From Antedon mediterranea (Eukaryota > Animalia > Echinodermata): 64,000 bases of DNA. Under the pieces are notes generated by a model. That model saw only the letters and a list, made by a program, of their open reading frames with translations. It was not told the DNA's origin and did not search any database. The position numbers were made by a program, and so were the translations under genes. The stretch spans positions 3,410,001-3,474,000 of the forward strand of contig NC_092674.1 of assembly GCF_964355755.1 (NCBI RefSeq), in the 5' to 3' direction. Positions 61,848-64,000 of the stretch are shown here, piece by piece (the stretch's first letter is position 1; the number at the start of each line of letters is the position of its first letter).

Positions 61848-64000
61848 ATGGATCTTGAAAGCTGTGAGGTTGCGTTAGGACATACTACTGAAGGCAGTGG
61901 AGATGCACTTCAAAATCAGTCTATGTAAGTCACAGCAATCTAACAACAGGATGCTGAGCTCTGGAGATCAAAGGGTTTACCTGTGGCTACGACACTATCA
62001 GTTCCGCGACACTATCAGTTCCACGACAGACACTGCACGCCATGGAGAATATGTACATACAGTGGTACTGTTGGTTGTTGCATCCAGACATAAGATCGAA
62101 GGACTGTTATGAGTTCCTATCTTGGCAAAGCGAGCTCAGTGTCCTGTTGTTGTAAGTTGCAGCAATGTGACAGACAATAATTAAGGATTTTTTAACACAG
62201 TAGTACAGAGATTTTCTGTGCTGTACATAATTTTAGTTTAAAAAAAATACTATTTAAATGAAGTATCTAGTAAGTAAGAATACAGCCACTGGAAACGTGT
62301 TTATAGTAATAACTACCGTAATATGCTATTATTATTATTATATATATATATATATATTGTATCCAGACGTAGTTGAGGGTGTCTAGAAAACTCAGATCTC
62401 AGATATCTGACTTGTCTAGATCTAGAAAACTCAGATATCAATATCTGGATTTTCTAGTTCCAAAGGTCATTTGGATCATTCCATTATTAATCAGAAGGTA
62501 CTGTAGGTCATTTGAAATACTAGAGTATTATATTATTGAAACTGGTTACTGTGTACGTTGTTTTCTTACTAATATTGTAACAGCGGCCTACGGCTTAAAT
62601 CATAAAGAAAATACAGTGCACGTTACCGTTAAAATGTAGGCTTAAAAATTAGGTATGTACGAGTTGGTGTGGGTAAGAGTTGGTTGAGGTCTGAGTTAGC
62701 CAAATTGGTAATAGGTACGAGTTATTTTGGGTACAAGTTGACTACTTCTAGCCTAGTACCCGGGCCAGGCCTACTCTTTGCGATACATCGCGATAGCGCC
62801 AACACGTTCAGCCGCAAAATTGAGTTTGCTTAGCTAGGCTCAGCCTAAATGCTAAGCCTACATTTTAAAAGGTGTATACTGTATTTCTTTATGATTTAAC
62901 ATAGGCCGCTACTACAAGTTACAATAATTATTATTATTAGTATAATACTGTAGTATTTCAAACAAGCTACCTATTAAGGTGATCTGGGTTTTCTAGTTCC
63001 ATTTTGGAACTAGAAAACTCAGATATTGATAGTCAGATATCTGAGTTTTCTAGATCTAGAAAAGTCAGATATCTGAGTTTTCTAGATCTAGAAAACTCGG
63101 ATATATCTGAGATCTGAGTTTTCTAGACACCCCGTAGTTGAACTTTAATGCAGAAATGAATGCAGAAGTTACAGTAGATCTTTAAAAATGTTTACCAAAA
63201 ATTATTATACTTTATTGATTTACAGAATCGACAAGAGCACTGATAATTTAGTACCAGGAACTGAAACGCTAGGCACCTACGATGCTTTTGTGAACGGACT
63301 GAACAAGTACTTCTTGAACCCTGACCTGAGTGATGTCACTCTCCATGTTGGCAATGATTCGTACTGCGCTCACAAGTTCTTTCTCGCAGCCTCAAGCGAT
63401 GTCTTTAGAACGATGCTCACAGAACCAAAATGGAAGGATTCTTTGACGTGTGACATACATTTAGAAGAACAAGAAGAATGCATTTTTTACTTCGATAAAT
63501 TCTTGAGTTATTTCTATTGTGGTCAAGTAACGGTCTGCGTTAATAGCATCATGCCAATTTTTACTCTCGCTGATAAATACAACGTTGACAGACTACGAAA
63601 ACTGTGCGAGGAATATATGACGAAGCAAATCGGGCAAGGGAACGTGACAGGGGCGCTGGATTGGTTAACATTTGCAGAGATGTATGACCTGAATAACTTG
63701 GTGGATAGATGTTATGCTGTAATACGTTCAAACCTTCCTCTTGTAATCCACACCGAAGGATGGTTCTCTTTAACTATCGACCAAGTATGTCAGATTTCTA
63801 CAAGCTCAGAGGTAATTATACGCGACGAATATTCATTTTTCAAAGCGCTTGAAAATTGGCTGAAATTTCGGAATGATAGCAACACAGGTGAGCAGTTGCG
63901 TTGTCTGCTGAAGCATGTCCGATTCACGCAGATGGCTTCCGAGCAGATTCTTCTGATCGAAAACTCCGCATTCGGATTCGAGCATCAAGATATACTTAAG
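61848..64000 (+). CDS. BTB/POZ-BACK protein (BTBD17-like), 3' end beyond the window
   Basis: Exon 61848-61924 (phase 2) joins an open frame from 63226 to the window end: LSDVTLHVGNDSYCAHKFFLAASSDVFRTML...LADKYNVDRLRKLCEEYM, then BACK-like sequence. Confidence 0.88.
62377..63132. mobile_element. Mutator-like MITE
   Basis: TIR GGGTGTCTAGAAAACTCAGATCTCAGATAT with internal reiteration; 9-bp TSD CGTAGTTGA (62368-62376, 63133-63141). Confidence 0.9.

Noticed and set aside
61925-61943. Stop-codon readthrough stimulated by the downstream stem
   Set aside because: The TAA is followed by a second in-frame TAA after four codons.
61942-62151. TPP riboswitch or snoRNA in the BTB intron
   Set aside because: No CUGAGA/ACCUG aptamer core and no convincing C/D or H/ACA boxes; kept only as an unclassified stem.

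Overview
This is AT-rich, intron-containing animal genomic DNA. It is not prokaryotic; a Deu-domain SINE and the gene styles suggest an invertebrate deuterostome, possibly an echinoderm (inference). All gene models below were built by hand from GT-AG sites and exon phases. Genes, in order: a tandem array of secreted laccases (one broken copy and two intact 626-aa copies) showing patchwork homogenisation; a C2H2 zinc-finger exon that splices in frame onto a RING-Bbox-Bbox-coiled-coil (TRIM) exon; PDZD8 (-) head-to-head with FRG1 (+); the copper chaperone ATOX1 (-, absent from the ORF track) head-to-head with an uncharacterised RG-repeat/SH3/zinc-finger gene (+); and the 5' part of a BTB-BACK gene. 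Introns and spacers are full of MITEs (Kolobok-, Harbinger-, hAT-, Mutator- and Tc1-like), two Helitron copies, SINEs, LINE and Penelope relics, and minisatellites. The leading novelty candidates are the ZF-TRIM fusion, a G-U-containing RNA stem bracketing two alternative splice donors in the BTB gene, the mosaic laccase paralogs near ATOX1, and recurrent TA-n-TA micro-insertions together with CTAG-rich tracts downstream of the non-laccase gene promoters.
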